A DNA stretch of 64,000 bases from a bacterium (GTDB lineage: Bacteria > JAGOBX01 > DAONJL01), in assembly GCA_035405645.1 (NCBI GenBank), contig DAONJL010000002.1, positions 68,701-132,700 of the forward strand, read 5' to 3'. Under the pieces are notes generated by a model. That model had not been told where the DNA came from. It saw nothing but the letters and a program-made list of their open reading frames with translations, and searched no databases. Below are positions 19,892 through 30,116 of the stretch, one piece after another. The position numbers and the translations under genes were made by a program. Numbering within the stretch: position 1 is the stretch's first letter; the number at the start of each line of letters is the position of its first letter.

Positions 19892-20338
19892 ATGAAACTG
19901 AATTTTTTGAAAAATACTAATTCTTTCTCTTTAATTGAATTAGTTATTTCTATTGGAATACTTATACCTGCCCTTATTGTTTCCTATCAAATATCATTTA
20001 ATTATTTTGATACTTTTGAACGATTTGAAGATTATAAAAATATAAATTATTTAGTTCACCATTATCTTGAAAAATTTAATTATGACGAATTAGCATTAAA
20101 TAAAGAAGTAACTGATAATTATAGAATAAATGATAAAAATTATTTTATCACTTTTTTAGTTAAAGATTTTGAATTAGTTCAATTATTCAAAATAAATTTT
20201 TTAGATTCATCTTATATTGAACAATATAAAAAATTTATATCTGATTTAAATGATTTAAAAATTATTTCTGTTACAATAAAAAATGATAAAAAACAACAAT
20301 TCAATTTTTCTAAAATCATTTTATTAAAAAATACTTGA
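19892..20338 (+). CDS. Prepilin-type N-terminal domain protein (type IV pilin or pseudopilin-like).
   Basis: A positively charged leader MKLNFLKNTNS is followed by FSLIELVISIGILIPALIV. An Ile-Glu-Leu with Glu at +5 and a hydrophobic helix is the class III signal pattern. Position -1 is Ser rather than Gly. Confidence 0.45.
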   Translation: MKLNFLKNTNSFSLIELVISIGILIPALIVSYQISFNYFDTFERFEDYKNINYLVHHYLEKFNYDELALNKEVTDNYRINDKNYFITFLVKDFELVQLFKINFLDSSYIEQYKKFISDLNDLKIISVTIKNDKKQQFNFSKIILLKNT

Positions 20339-20392
20339 TTTTCTCTAAATAAAAAAATATTATTTAAAAAAAAATATATTTGAGGTTTTTAT

Positions 20393-21004
20393 ATGTCAAA
20401 AATTTTGTCTATCGAAAATAAAAAATTTTATTTAAAAGATTTATCAAATAATTCTTTAAAAACTTTTTCAAATGAAAATGAAGCATTTGATTTTTTAAAA
20501 GATAACTATAATCTACAAAAAGAAAATATAATTATAGATAACAAACTCTCTGGTGGGCAAAAAATTATTTTAAAAAATATTTATGGAAAAGCAAAAAAAT
20601 ATCAAGAAACAAATCAAATGGATGATTTTTATTTTGAAGTTAAAAAAAATATAAATGATTCATTATCACAAAATATTTCACCAGATGGTGAAATTAGTTC
20701 TGAAAAAAAATTGAAAGTTATAAATGATGTTTCAAATCAATTTGCACAGAAAATAGATACAGTATCAAATCAAAATGTAATTTGTAAATTACTTGCTGAT
20801 ATTACTTTAGAAGAGACTGAAAAAATTTTTCAAAAATTTGAATCAAAAATTACTAATGAAGAATTGTTTCATCTAAAAGCTGTATTTAATACTTTAATAA
20901 ACAGAAATTATCTTTCACATCGTAAAAATAATATTGTTTATGATTTAGTTGAATTAAGAAATAAAGTAAGTTCATTATTATTAAAAAGGGGGATTATCGG
21001 ATAA
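20393..21004 (+). CDS. Hypothetical cytoplasmic protein.
   Basis: A 203-aa ORF with an AGGTTTT...ATG RBS context and no recognisable motif. Confidence 0.3.
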   Translation: MSKILSIENKKFYLKDLSNNSLKTFSNENEAFDFLKDNYNLQKENIIIDNKLSGGQKIILKNIYGKAKKYQETNQMDDFYFEVKKNINDSLSQNISPDGEISSEKKLKVINDVSNQFAQKIDTVSNQNVICKLLADITLEETEKIFQKFESKITNEELFHLKAVFNTLINRNYLSHRKNNIVYDLVELRNKVSSLLLKRGIIG

Positions 21005-21657
21005 TGATAAATTATTTAGATGAAATGAAAAAATTAGGAAAAATAAAATCAGATGAATTAAAAAAAAATTTAGAGAAAAAAAATATAAAATTATTATTTT
21101 TTGAAAATTTACAATCAGCATTAGAAAGTGCTATTTCTAAAATTGATAAAAATGCTGTTATTGGGTTTGGTGGTTCAAAAACAATTGAAGCACTTGGCTT
21201 AATTGATTATCTTAAAAAAAATAATTATAAAAATCTTCTTGATAGGTCTGATAAATCATTAACTCCAGAACAAAAAAGAGAAATAGAACGAAAAATGTTC
21301 TTATCTGATATTTATCTAACAGGAACAAATGCAATTACAATTGATGGACAATTTGTTAATACAGATAAATGGGGTAATCGTGTTGCTGCAATGATATTTG
21401 GTCCTAAAAAAATTTTTATTTTTGCTGGTATAAATAAAATTGTAAAAGATTTAAATGAAGCATTTGAAAGAATTAAAAAATTATCTGCTCCGTTAAATTC
21501 AATTAGATTTAATCTATCTACACCTTGTACTGTTACTGGTTATTGTATGAATTGTTCTTCTGAACAAAAAATTTGTTATGTTACAACAATAATAAATGGT
21601 TCGCCTGAAAAAGATAGAATTACACTTTTTTTAATAAATGAATATTTAGGTTTTTAA
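21004..21657 (+). CDS. LUD-domain protein (LutC/YkgG-like, DUF162).
   Basis: VIGFGGSKTIEALGL and TGTNAITIDGQFVNTDKWGNRVAAMIFGPKKIFIFAGINKIV match the LUD-domain core. The ATG overlaps the upstream stop. Confidence 0.5.
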   Translation: MINYLDEMKKLGKIKSDELKKNLEKKNIKLLFFENLQSALESAISKIDKNAVIGFGGSKTIEALGLIDYLKKNNYKNLLDRSDKSLTPEQKREIERKMFLSDIYLTGTNAITIDGQFVNTDKWGNRVAAMIFGPKKIFIFAGINKIVKDLNEAFERIKKLSAPLNSIRFNLSTPCTVTGYCMNCSSEQKICYVTTIINGSPEKDRITLFLINEYLGF

Positions 21658-21669
21658 GAGGTTTTTTAT

Positions 21670-22773
21670 ATGTCTGATGTATTTTTCGCTGATAAGCGTG
21701 AACATTTTCATTTCAATGTATTTAATAAATTAGATATTCTTTTAGAAAAAATAAATTATAAAAATATAATCAAAAAAAATGAATTAGTAGCAATTAAAAT
21801 TCATTTTGGTGAAAAAGGCAATACTGGTTATTTAAATCCTTTATATGCTGCACACATTGTTCGAAAAGTAAAAGAAATTGGTGCAAAACCTTTTTTAACT
21901 GATGGTTCAACTATATATAAAGGTACAAGAACTGATGCTGTTTCACATATTGAAACAGCAATTAAAAATGGTTTTAATTATGCCACCTGTGAAGCACCTA
22001 TTATTATTGCTGATGGTTTAAAAGGAACAAATTGTGTCAAAATAAATGTAAATGGAGAAATAGTTGAAGTTGGTGCAGAAGTATATAATGCTGATGCATT
22101 AATTTGCTTAACTCATTTTAAAGCACACGAACTTGCTGGAATTGGTGGTGCATTAAAAAATATCGGAATGGGTTTAGCCTCAAAAAAAGGAAAATTAAAG
22201 ATGCATACAACTGTTTCACCTTTTGTAAAAGAAAAATATTGTATTTTTTGTAAGGTATGTTTTTCTGCCTGTCCAGCAAATGCTATATCAGAAAAAAATA
22301 AAAAAGCATTTATCAATTCAAATAAATGTGTTGGTTGTGGTCAATGTATTTTATCCTGTGCTCAAAAAGCAATTACTATTAATTGGAATATTGAACCAAT
22401 TAAAATGATGGATTTAATGATAACTTATGTCAAAGGAATTTTATCAAATAAAATAAATAAAATGTTTTTTATAAATTTTATCGAAAAAGTTTCACCTGAA
22501 TGTGATTGTTATGGTCATTCTGATATTCCTATCGTTCCTGATGTTGGTGTGCTCGCTTCTATTGACCCTGTGGCAATTGATAAAGCTTCTGCTGACCTTG
22601 TAAATTTACAGGAAGGCAATAAAAATACTTCATTAAAAAGTAATTTTAAATCAGGTGAAGATAAATTTCTTGCTTTACATCCAAATTGTAATTGGATGTT
22701 TCAAATAAAAAAAGCTGAAGAATTAGGTATTGGTTCATCTAAATATAATTTAATAAAAATTTCTGAAAAATAA
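21670..22773 (+). CDS. DUF362-domain iron-sulfur protein with two 4Fe-4S ferredoxin motifs.
   Basis: CIFCKVCFSACP and CVGCGQCILSCA are two CX2CX2CX3CP-type ferredoxin motifs, embedded in a ~360 aa DUF362-like scaffold. Confidence 0.55.
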   Translation: MSDVFFADKREHFHFNVFNKLDILLEKINYKNIIKKNELVAIKIHFGEKGNTGYLNPLYAAHIVRKVKEIGAKPFLTDGSTIYKGTRTDAVSHIETAIKNGFNYATCEAPIIIADGLKGTNCVKINVNGEIVEVGAEVYNADALICLTHFKAHELAGIGGALKNIGMGLASKKGKLKMHTTVSPFVKEKYCIFCKVCFSACPANAISEKNKKAFINSNKCVGCGQCILSCAQKAITINWNIEPIKMMDLMITYVKGILSNKINKMFFINFIEKVSPECDCYGHSDIPIVPDVGVLASIDPVAIDKASADLVNLQEGNKNTSLKSNFKSGEDKFLALHPNCNWMFQIKKAEELGIGSSKYNLIKISEK

Positions 22774-22789
22774 TTTTTATAAAAGGAGG

Positions 22790-23062
22790 GTGGCTTTTAT
22801 GTCTGATATTTATAGTAAAACAAATGAAATGGAAAGCACTATTCAGGTTGTTGTTGATAGAATTGAAGATAATAATATTGCAGTTATTGAATTACCCGAC
22901 CTTGACCAATTTGAAATTAACAAAAAATATTTACCTAAAAAAGTAAAAGAAGGTAATGTAATTGATATTACTTTTAAATTGAATCCAGATGCTGAAAAAA
23001 AGAAAAGAGAAGAGATAATTAAATTACAAGAAGAATTACTTAATCGCTCAAAAAATTTGTAA
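22790..23062 (+). CDS. DUF3006-family small protein.
   Basis: VVVDRIEDNNIAVIELPD matches the DUF3006 N-terminal signature. GGAGGG RBS at 22783. Confidence 0.45.
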   Translation: MAFMSDIYSKTNEMESTIQVVVDRIEDNNIAVIELPDLDQFEINKKYLPKKVKEGNVIDITFKLNPDAEKKKREEIIKLQEELLNRSKNL

Positions 23063-23068
23063 TTTTCT

Positions 23069-24466
23069 ATGACATTAAAAATATATAATACCTTAACTAA
23101 AGAAAAAGAAATTTTCATACCTATAAATAATGATGAAGTAAAAATGTATGTTTGTGGTGTGACAGTATATGATTATTGTCATTTAGGACATGCACGCTCT
23201 TATATTGTTTTTGATGTAATCAAAAGATATTTAAAATATTTAGGTTATAATGTGAAACATATTCAAAATTTCACTGATGTTGATGATAAAATTATTAATC
23301 GTGCTAATGAACGAAATATTCCAATAAATAAATTAACTGAAGAAATGATAAATGAATACTTTAATGATATGCAATATTTTAATATTCTCAAAGCAGATTA
23401 TTATCCAAAAGTTACTGAACATATAAATGATATAATAGAATTTATTCAGGTTTTAATAAATAAAGGTTTTGCTTATAAAAATAAAAATAATGAAATAATT
23501 TTTTCTGTTAATAAATTTCCTGAATATGGTAAATTATCAGGCAGAAAATTAGAAGAACAAAAAGCTGGTGCAAGAATTGAAATTTCAGAAGCAAAAGAAA
23601 ATCCACTTGATTTTGTATTATGGAAACCATCAAAAGAAAAAGAACCTGGTTGGGAATCACCGTGGGGCAAAGGAAGACCAGGATGGCATATAGAATGCTC
23701 TGTTATGGCAATGAAACATTTAGGTGAAGAAATTGATATTCATTGTGGTGGGATGGATTTAATTTTTCCTCATCACGAAAATGAAATTGCACAATCAGAA
23801 GCATATTCAGGAAAACAATTTGTTAAATATTGGCTACATAATGGTTTTGTAACAATTAATAAAGAAAAAATGTCAAAATCTCTTGGAAATTTTTTTATTA
23901 TCAAAGATATAATAAAAAAATATTCAGGTCCAATTTTAAGATATTTTTTTCTCACTTCTCATTATCGCTCGCCAATTGATTATTCACTTGAAAATATAGA
24001 ATACGCAAAAAAAGGTTATGAAAAAATTGTTAATGCTTTCTTTAATATAAAAAATTATTCTTCTCTTTCTTCAAAAAATGATAAAGTATTTTTAGAAGAA
24101 ATACAAAATGAAGAAAATAATTTTTTTAATTATATGAATGATGATTTTAATACAGCAGGTGCAATTGGAACTATTCATAATTTAATTTCTATTTTTTATA
24201 ATTATTCAGAAAAATCTGAAATTTCAAATAATGTTGTTAATAAATTTCTTGATATTCTTAAAAAATTATGTAATATTTTAGGTATTGAAATTATTGAATC
24301 ATCAAATAAAATAGAAGAAGAATTAATTAATTTATTTATAGAAATAAGAAATGATTTAAGAAAAGAAAAACAATTTACACTTGCTGATAAAATACGAAAT
24401 AAATTATTAGAATTAGGAATAGAAATGCGCGATAGACGCGATAAAACTATATGGATAAAAAAATAA
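23069..24466 (+). CDS. cysS: Cysteinyl-tRNA synthetase.
   Basis: YVCGVTVYDYCHLGHARSY is the HIGH motif, KMSKSLGNF is the KMSKS motif, and Zn-binding Cys/His are present (CGGMDLIFPHHENE). Confidence 0.9.
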   Translation: MTLKIYNTLTKEKEIFIPINNDEVKMYVCGVTVYDYCHLGHARSYIVFDVIKRYLKYLGYNVKHIQNFTDVDDKIINRANERNIPINKLTEEMINEYFNDMQYFNILKADYYPKVTEHINDIIEFIQVLINKGFAYKNKNNEIIFSVNKFPEYGKLSGRKLEEQKAGARIEISEAKENPLDFVLWKPSKEKEPGWESPWGKGRPGWHIECSVMAMKHLGEEIDIHCGGMDLIFPHHENEIAQSEAYSGKQFVKYWLHNGFVTINKEKMSKSLGNFFIIKDIIKKYSGPILRYFFLTSHYRSPIDYSLENIEYAKKGYEKIVNAFFNIKNYSSLSSKNDKVFLEEIQNEENNFFNYMNDDFNTAGAIGTIHNLISIFYNYSEKSEISNNVVNKFLDILKKLCNILGIEIIESSNKIEEELINLFIEIRNDLRKEKQFTLADKIRNKLLELGIEMRDRRDKTIWIKK

Positions 24467-24467
24467 T

Positions 24468-25475
24468 ATGGAAAAAAAAATAGCAAAAATTTTAGTTATT
24501 GATGATGATATTGAAACACTTGATTTAATTGAAACAATTTTAGTAAATGCAAATTATGATGTTTTAAAAGTTAAATCTGGTATTGAAGCATTAAAAATTG
24601 CTGATAAAATTCTACCTGATGTAATATTACTCGATATTCATATGCCTGAAATGGATGGTTATAAAACTTTTCAAAAATTTCATGAAAATAAAAAACTAAA
24701 AAATACTCCAATTATTTTTATTACAGCAAAATATCTAAAACTAAATGAAATAGTAAAAGGCTTAAATATTGGTGCTTATGATTATATTACAAAACCATTT
24801 CATAATGATGAACTCGTTGCTCGTGTTGGTGTGGCTGTAAAAATAAAAAAATATGAAGATAGAATTTTAGAACAATTAAATGAATTAAAAAAAATAAATA
24901 AAAAATTAAGACTAACAAGAATAGGTATTATCAATGCACTTTTATCAGCACTTGAATTAAAAGATGCAAATACAACTGAACATTGTATGCGCGTTACTAA
25001 ATATGCAATAGAAATTGCAAAAAATTTAAACTTATCAAAAGAAGAATTTGATTTATTAAAACAAGCAACATTGCTTCACGATATTGGAAAACTTGGTATT
25101 GATGATAATATTTTAAAAAAACCGGGAAAATTAAATAAAGTTGAATTTAAAAAAATGAAAAATCATCCACGATATGGAAAAATCATTCTAAACTCAATTT
25201 TAAATTTTAAAAAAATTATTGAAGTTATTTTTTATCATCACGAAAGAATTGATGGTGATGGTTATTATCATACTACATCTGAAAATATACCATTATTATC
25301 TAAAATTATTACTGTTGCTGATTCATTTGATGCTATGACTTCTTATCGTTCTTATAGAAATAAAGTTGATTATAAAACTGCTTTTTTAGAATTAGAAAAA
25401 AATATTGGAAAACAATTTGATAAAGAATGCGTCCAGGCTCTTAAAACTTATTTGTTAAATAAAAAATTAATTTAA
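24468..25475 (+). CDS. Response regulator with an HD-GYP phosphodiesterase output domain (RpfG-like).
   Basis: The receiver is IDDD...LLDIHMPEMDGY...ITAK. HD is in HCMRVTKYA and LLHDIGK. The HHERIDGDGYY stretch is a GYP-like motif. The stop codon overlaps the stop of the convergent PBP2 gene. Confidence 0.75.
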   Translation: MEKKIAKILVIDDDIETLDLIETILVNANYDVLKVKSGIEALKIADKILPDVILLDIHMPEMDGYKTFQKFHENKKLKNTPIIFITAKYLKLNEIVKGLNIGAYDYITKPFHNDELVARVGVAVKIKKYEDRILEQLNELKKINKKLRLTRIGIINALLSALELKDANTTEHCMRVTKYAIEIAKNLNLSKEEFDLLKQATLLHDIGKLGIDDNILKKPGKLNKVEFKKMKNHPRYGKIILNSILNFKKIIEVIFYHHERIDGDGYYHTTSENIPLLSKIITVADSFDAMTSYRSYRNKVDYKTAFLELEKNIGKQFDKECVQALKTYLLNKKLI

Positions 25476-27211
25476 TTCATATAATTTTTTGAAATAAATT
25501 CAATTATCTTTTGTGTTAGTGGAACTGCTACTTCACTACTTGAACCAGCATTTTCAACTAATGTAACTATTAAATATTCTGGTTGTTCAAGAGGAAAAAA
25601 ACAAACAAACCAGGAATGTGGTTTAATTTCTTCTTTTTTATCTGCTCGGCCAATAATCTGTGCTGTCCCTGTTTTTCCTCCTATTTTAAAATTTACTATT
25701 CTATTTCCATCTTTATGTTTGGCACTATATCCTGTGCCATATTCTATTACTCCCTCTAATGCTAATTTTATTTTTCTTATATTTTCTTTGTTAAATATTA
25801 TTTCTTCTTTTACATAATTATATTTCTTATTTATTCTTTGTTCGTTCTTCCATCTTATTTCTTTTAATATTCTTGGTTTTATTAAAAACCCATTATTTGC
25901 TATTGCTGAATACATTATTGCAAGTTTTATTGGTGTAATAGAAACTGAACCTTGACCAATACTCATATTTATTATTTCACCTTTTGTAATTTTTTTATTA
26001 GTTTTTTCTAAATAATTTTTTGAGTAATAAAAAGAATTAATTTCATAAGGTAAATCTATATCTGTTATTCGTGTTAAATAAAATCTTTCAAAAATTTCTG
26101 AGATGTTTTCATATCCTAAAAATAAGCCTAAATTATAAAAATATATATTGCAGGAATTAATAATTGCATTTATCAAATTTAGTGAATTATGTCCTTCTCT
26201 TTTCCAACATTTAAATTCTTTGTTTCCATAATAAAATGAACCAGAACAATAATAAACTCTATTTATATCACCACCATTTTCTAAATATTTTAGTGCAATA
26301 AATGGTTTTATTGTTGAACCAGGTGGATAAATACCTTGAATACATCTATTTAATAATATATTTCTTGTGCTTGTTAATATATTTTTTTTTGTTTCTTCGT
26401 TAAATAAAAATTCATTTATATCAAAATCAGGAAAACTGCTCATTGCGTAAATTTCACCATTTTGTGGATTTAATATTATTATTGCTCCATTTTTATCTTT
26501 CGGAAATATTTCATGTATAAATTTTTGTAAGTCAAATTTGATAGTCAAAATTATATCATTTCCTGATATTGGTTTTTTTGTCCATTCTGTGATTGTTTTC
26601 TCATGCTGCCTACCTAATGCATCTACTATAAAACAATCTAAACCATTTTCTCCTATTAATAATTCATCATACTCTTTTTCTATACCTGTTATTCCAACTT
26701 CATTAAATTCATATTGTTTTATGTTTTTATCCAATCTTGCAATAAATTGAGTATAACCAATTACATTTGATAAAATATTTTTTTCATTGTAATATCTATG
26801 ATAAACTGGCTTTATTTCTATTTCCTGTAATTCATTTATATATTTACTTAATCGTTCTATATCTTCTATTTTTAAAATTTTATTTATAATTTGACTCTTT
26901 ATTTCATAATAATTTTTTCTGTTAAAATCAATTTTTAAAATATTTTCAAATATCATTTTAATTTTTGTATTTATTTCAAATTCTGGTTTTAAATATATTT
27001 TATAATCTGAAACATTACTTGCTAATAAAACATTTTCTGATGAATAAATTCTGCCTCGTAAATATGGAATAATCTCAAATTTAATAAAATTTCGAAATGA
27101 TAATTTTTTAAAATAATCTCTTGAATAAATTTGAATATTCAATAAACTATAAGCTAATAATAAATAAATAAAAATTAAAAAAAATTTTATTACTTTTATT
27201 TTTTCAAACAT
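25472..27211 (-). CDS. mrdA: Penicillin-binding protein 2-type transpeptidase (class B PBP).
   Basis: SxxK at PGSTIKP, SxN at NSCN, and KTG at GKTGTAQ. N-terminal membrane anchor. No PASTA domain. Confidence 0.7.
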   Translation of the reverse strand: MFEKIKVIKFFLIFIYLLLAYSLLNIQIYSRDYFKKLSFRNFIKFEIIPYLRGRIYSSENVLLASNVSDYKIYLKPEFEINTKIKMIFENILKIDFNRKNYYEIKSQIINKILKIEDIERLSKYINELQEIEIKPVYHRYYNEKNILSNVIGYTQFIARLDKNIKQYEFNEVGITGIEKEYDELLIGENGLDCFIVDALGRQHEKTITEWTKKPISGNDIILTIKFDLQKFIHEIFPKDKNGAIIILNPQNGEIYAMSSFPDFDINEFLFNEETKKNILTSTRNILLNRCIQGIYPPGSTIKPFIALKYLENGGDINRVYYCSGSFYYGNKEFKCWKREGHNSLNLINAIINSCNIYFYNLGLFLGYENISEIFERFYLTRITDIDLPYEINSFYYSKNYLEKTNKKITKGEIINMSIGQGSVSITPIKLAIMYSAIANNGFLIKPRILKEIRWKNEQRINKKYNYVKEEIIFNKENIRKIKLALEGVIEYGTGYSAKHKDGNRIVNFKIGGKTGTAQIIGRADKKEEIKPHSWFVCFFPLEQPEYLIVTLVENAGSSSEVAVPLTQKIIEFISKNYMN

Positions 27212-27212
27212 A

Positions 27213-28547
27213 TTAAAATAATGTTAATGTTGTAATATTTATTATATCTTTTAATTTTGAAAAAATATTTCTTTTCTTCCATTCTGAATATTTTATCTCT
27301 TTTGATTTTTTTAAATCTTCTAAAAATATTTCTTTCATTTGTAATGCTATGTCTTTATCTATTATATCAACATTGCATTCATAATTCATAAAAAATGCTC
27401 TATCTAAAAAATTTGTTGAACCAATTGATACATATATATCATCTGCAATAATATATTTAGCATGTAATACCTGTCCTTTTAATTCATATAACTCAATTCC
27501 ATTTTTTAATAAATTACTAAAAAAAATCCTTGAAGCACGGCGAATTACTGGTAAATCTGTTTCACCAGGTAATATTATTTTTACATTAACTCCTCTTTCA
27601 ACTGCACTTTTTAATGCATTTCGTATATAAATATTTGGAACAAAATAAGCATTCGTTATATAAATATATTCTTTTGCATTATTTATTATTTCTATATAAT
27701 TATCTAATAGTTCATAATGTCCAAAAAATGGATATGTTGAAACAATTCGAACTTTTGTCCTGTTTTTTACTTTTATCTCATTTTTTCTTTCTATTGGTTT
27801 TTTATATGGTTTGATAAAATTTTCTACTTTTTCCTTTATTTCATTTAATAGAGGTATATGAATATTTTTATATACTATTCCCCAACCTGCATCTTTCCAA
27901 CTTAACCAGAATGAATCTTCTAAATCTTTTATTGAATCTCCTACTATATAAACACCCAAATCGCGCCAATATTTATATTCTTTACCTAAACCTATGCCAC
28001 TTACTACTCCATAATTTCCATCAACCACTAATACTTTCCTATGATTTCTATAATCAATTCGTAGTATTGTCCAATTAAATACAGGATTATAAACTCTTAC
28101 ATTTATTCCTTCTGCTAATAAACTGCAATATACTTTACTATCAGTATTTCTAGTGCCTATTGCATCAATTACTACATATATTTTTATCCCATCTTTTGAT
28201 TTTGTTTTTAATAATTCAATAAATTTTTTACCAACTTCATCATTTCTAAATATATATTCTTCTAATAAAATGTATTCTCTGGCATTTTTTATTAATTCTT
28301 CCATTTTTTTTAATACTTGCTCTCCATTATCTAATATTTCAACATAATTATTTTTTTTTAGTTTTACATTTGTTATTTTATTAATATAATCTTGAAAAAA
28401 TTCACTTTTTATTTCATCATCTTCTGGATTAAATTTTTCTTCTACTTTTAAACCTTCTCTAATTAAATATGCAAATCTTGATGTGAATTTTGTGCAATTA
28501 ATAGATGATAATGAAATTATTAAACATATAATATAAAAAAAATTCAT
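27213..28547 (-). CDS. cls: Cardiolipin synthase / phospholipase D-family phosphatidyltransferase.
   Basis: Two HKD motifs: HRKVLVVDGNYGVVSGIGLG and HAKYIIADDIYVSIGSTNFLDRA. Confidence 0.8.
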   Translation of the reverse strand: MNFFYIICLIISLSSINCTKFTSRFAYLIREGLKVEEKFNPEDDEIKSEFFQDYINKITNVKLKKNNYVEILDNGEQVLKKMEELIKNAREYILLEEYIFRNDEVGKKFIELLKTKSKDGIKIYVVIDAIGTRNTDSKVYCSLLAEGINVRVYNPVFNWTILRIDYRNHRKVLVVDGNYGVVSGIGLGKEYKYWRDLGVYIVGDSIKDLEDSFWLSWKDAGWGIVYKNIHIPLLNEIKEKVENFIKPYKKPIERKNEIKVKNRTKVRIVSTYPFFGHYELLDNYIEIINNAKEYIYITNAYFVPNIYIRNALKSAVERGVNVKIILPGETDLPVIRRASRIFFSNLLKNGIELYELKGQVLHAKYIIADDIYVSIGSTNFLDRAFFMNYECNVDIIDKDIALQMKEIFLEDLKKSKEIKYSEWKKRNIFSKLKDIINITTLTLF

Positions 28548-28570
28548 TATTTATTTTTAAAATTAATTTA

Positions 28571-29227
28571 TTATATATTTTTAATTTTTTGTTCTATTAA
28601 TTCAACTATTTTTTTGTGTATTTCTTCTATGCTTTTATTTACTTTTATTAAACAAATTCTTTCTGGTTCCTTTTTCATTATTTTTCTATAGCCATTTCTT
28701 ACTTTTTGATGAAATTTTAAACTTTCAGCTTCTATCCTATCCATCTCTCCTTTTTTTGAATGTTTTTTATCAATATTTTTTGTCTTATTTAATCCTTCTT
28801 CTATTTCTATATCCATTAAAAATGTTATATCTGGTTTTCTATTATTTGTTGCAATATTATTTAATTCAATAATAAAATTTAAATCAATTCCTCTTCCATA
28901 TCCTTGATAGGCTAATGAAGCATCTGTAAATCTATCACATATAATTACTTTTCCTGATTTTAATTCTTTTTCTATTTTTTCTGCTACTAATTGTCTTCTA
29001 CTTGCTATGTATAATAATAATTCTGTGTATTTGTCCATTTCTTTATTTTTTTTATCCAATAAAATATTTCTGATTTGTTCTGAAATCTTTGTTCCACCAG
29101 GCTCTCTTGTATATATTACTTCTCTACCCTTTTTCTTAAAATATTTTATTAATAAATTTGCTTGTGTAGTTTTACCACTCCCTTCTGGACCTTCAAATGT
29201 TATAAATATACCTTTTTTTGCTTTCAT
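28571..29227 (-). CDS. tmk: Thymidylate kinase.
   Basis: P-loop FITFEGPEGSGKTTQ, a DRF motif and an LID region. Confidence 0.85.
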   Translation of the reverse strand: MKAKKGIFITFEGPEGSGKTTQANLLIKYFKKKGREVIYTREPGGTKISEQIRNILLDKKNKEMDKYTELLLYIASRRQLVAEKIEKELKSGKVIICDRFTDASLAYQGYGRGIDLNFIIELNNIATNNRKPDITFLMDIEIEEGLNKTKNIDKKHSKKGEMDRIEAESLKFHQKVRNGYRKIMKKEPERICLIKVNKSIEEIHKKIVELIEQKIKNI

Positions 29228-29237
29228 ATTATTCTCC

Positions 29238-30116
29238 TTAATTTTTTATATTTATTAATGTATCAAATAATTTTTGAAAATCATCAATTGAATAATATTC
29301 AATCATTATTAACCCTTTATTATTTTTATCCTTTATTTTTACTTTCGTTTTTAATTTTTCACTTAATTGTTCTTCTAATAATTTTATATCAGGATTTATA
29401 TCATTTATTTTTTGGCTTTTTTCCAGGGCATCTATTTCTTCCAATGTTTTGTTTTGCCATTTCTTAACTAATTTTTCAGTATCATGAACACTTAAATTTT
29501 TTTCAATTATTAAATTATATGCTTTTCTTTGAATATTTGGATTATCTAAACCTAATAGAGCCCTTGCATGACCAGATGTTATTTTTTTTGTCTCAATTCC
29601 TTCTTTTACTAAATGAGGCAAATTTAATAATCGTAATGTGTTTGTAATCGCTACTCGACTTTTTCCAACTTTTTCTGCTATTTCTTGATGTGTTAATTTA
29701 AATTCAGTAATCAAACGCTGATAACCTTTTGCTTCTTCTATTGGATTTAAATTTTCTCTTTGTAAATTTTCTACTAATGCCATTAACAACATTTTTATAT
29801 CATCAATATTTCGAATAATTGCTGGTATTGTTTTTCTACCTATTTTTTTAAATGCTCTAAATCTCCGTTCACCTTCTATTATTTCATATCTGTCACCTAT
29901 TTTTCTAACACTAATTGGATGTATTATTCCACATTCTGCAATTGAATTACTTAATTCTTCTACATGTTCTTCTTTTATTGTATCTCTGGGTTGATATGGA
30001 TTTGGATTAATTAATTCAAGTGGTATTTCTTCAATTTTTTCTATTTCTGTTTGATTATTTTGACTTTTAGAAACAAATAATGCCTCTAAACCTTTTCCTA
30101 ATGCTTTTTTATTCAT
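29238..30116 (-). CDS. parB: ParB/Spo0J chromosome partitioning protein.
   Basis: GIIHPISVRK...GERRFRAFK is the ParB box, and there is an HTH region (HQEIAEKVGKSRVAITN). Confidence 0.85.
   Translation of the reverse strand: MNKKALGKGLEALFVSKSQNNQTEIEKIEEIPLELINPNPYQPRDTIKEEHVEELSNSIAECGIIHPISVRKIGDRYEIIEGERRFRAFKKIGRKTIPAIIRNIDDIKMLLMALVENLQRENLNPIEEAKGYQRLITEFKLTHQEIAEKVGKSRVAITNTLRLLNLPHLVKEGIETKKITSGHARALLGLDNPNIQRKAYNLIIEKNLSVHDTEKLVKKWQNKTLEEIDALEKSQKINDINPDIKLLEEQLSEKLKTKVKIKDKNNKGLIMIEYYSIDDFQKLFDTLINIKN

Noticed and set aside
22113-22316. 67-aa antisense ORF inside the DUF362 gene
   Set aside because: Shadow ORF of the ferredoxin-motif region (its Cys codons become Ala/Gln on the other strand).
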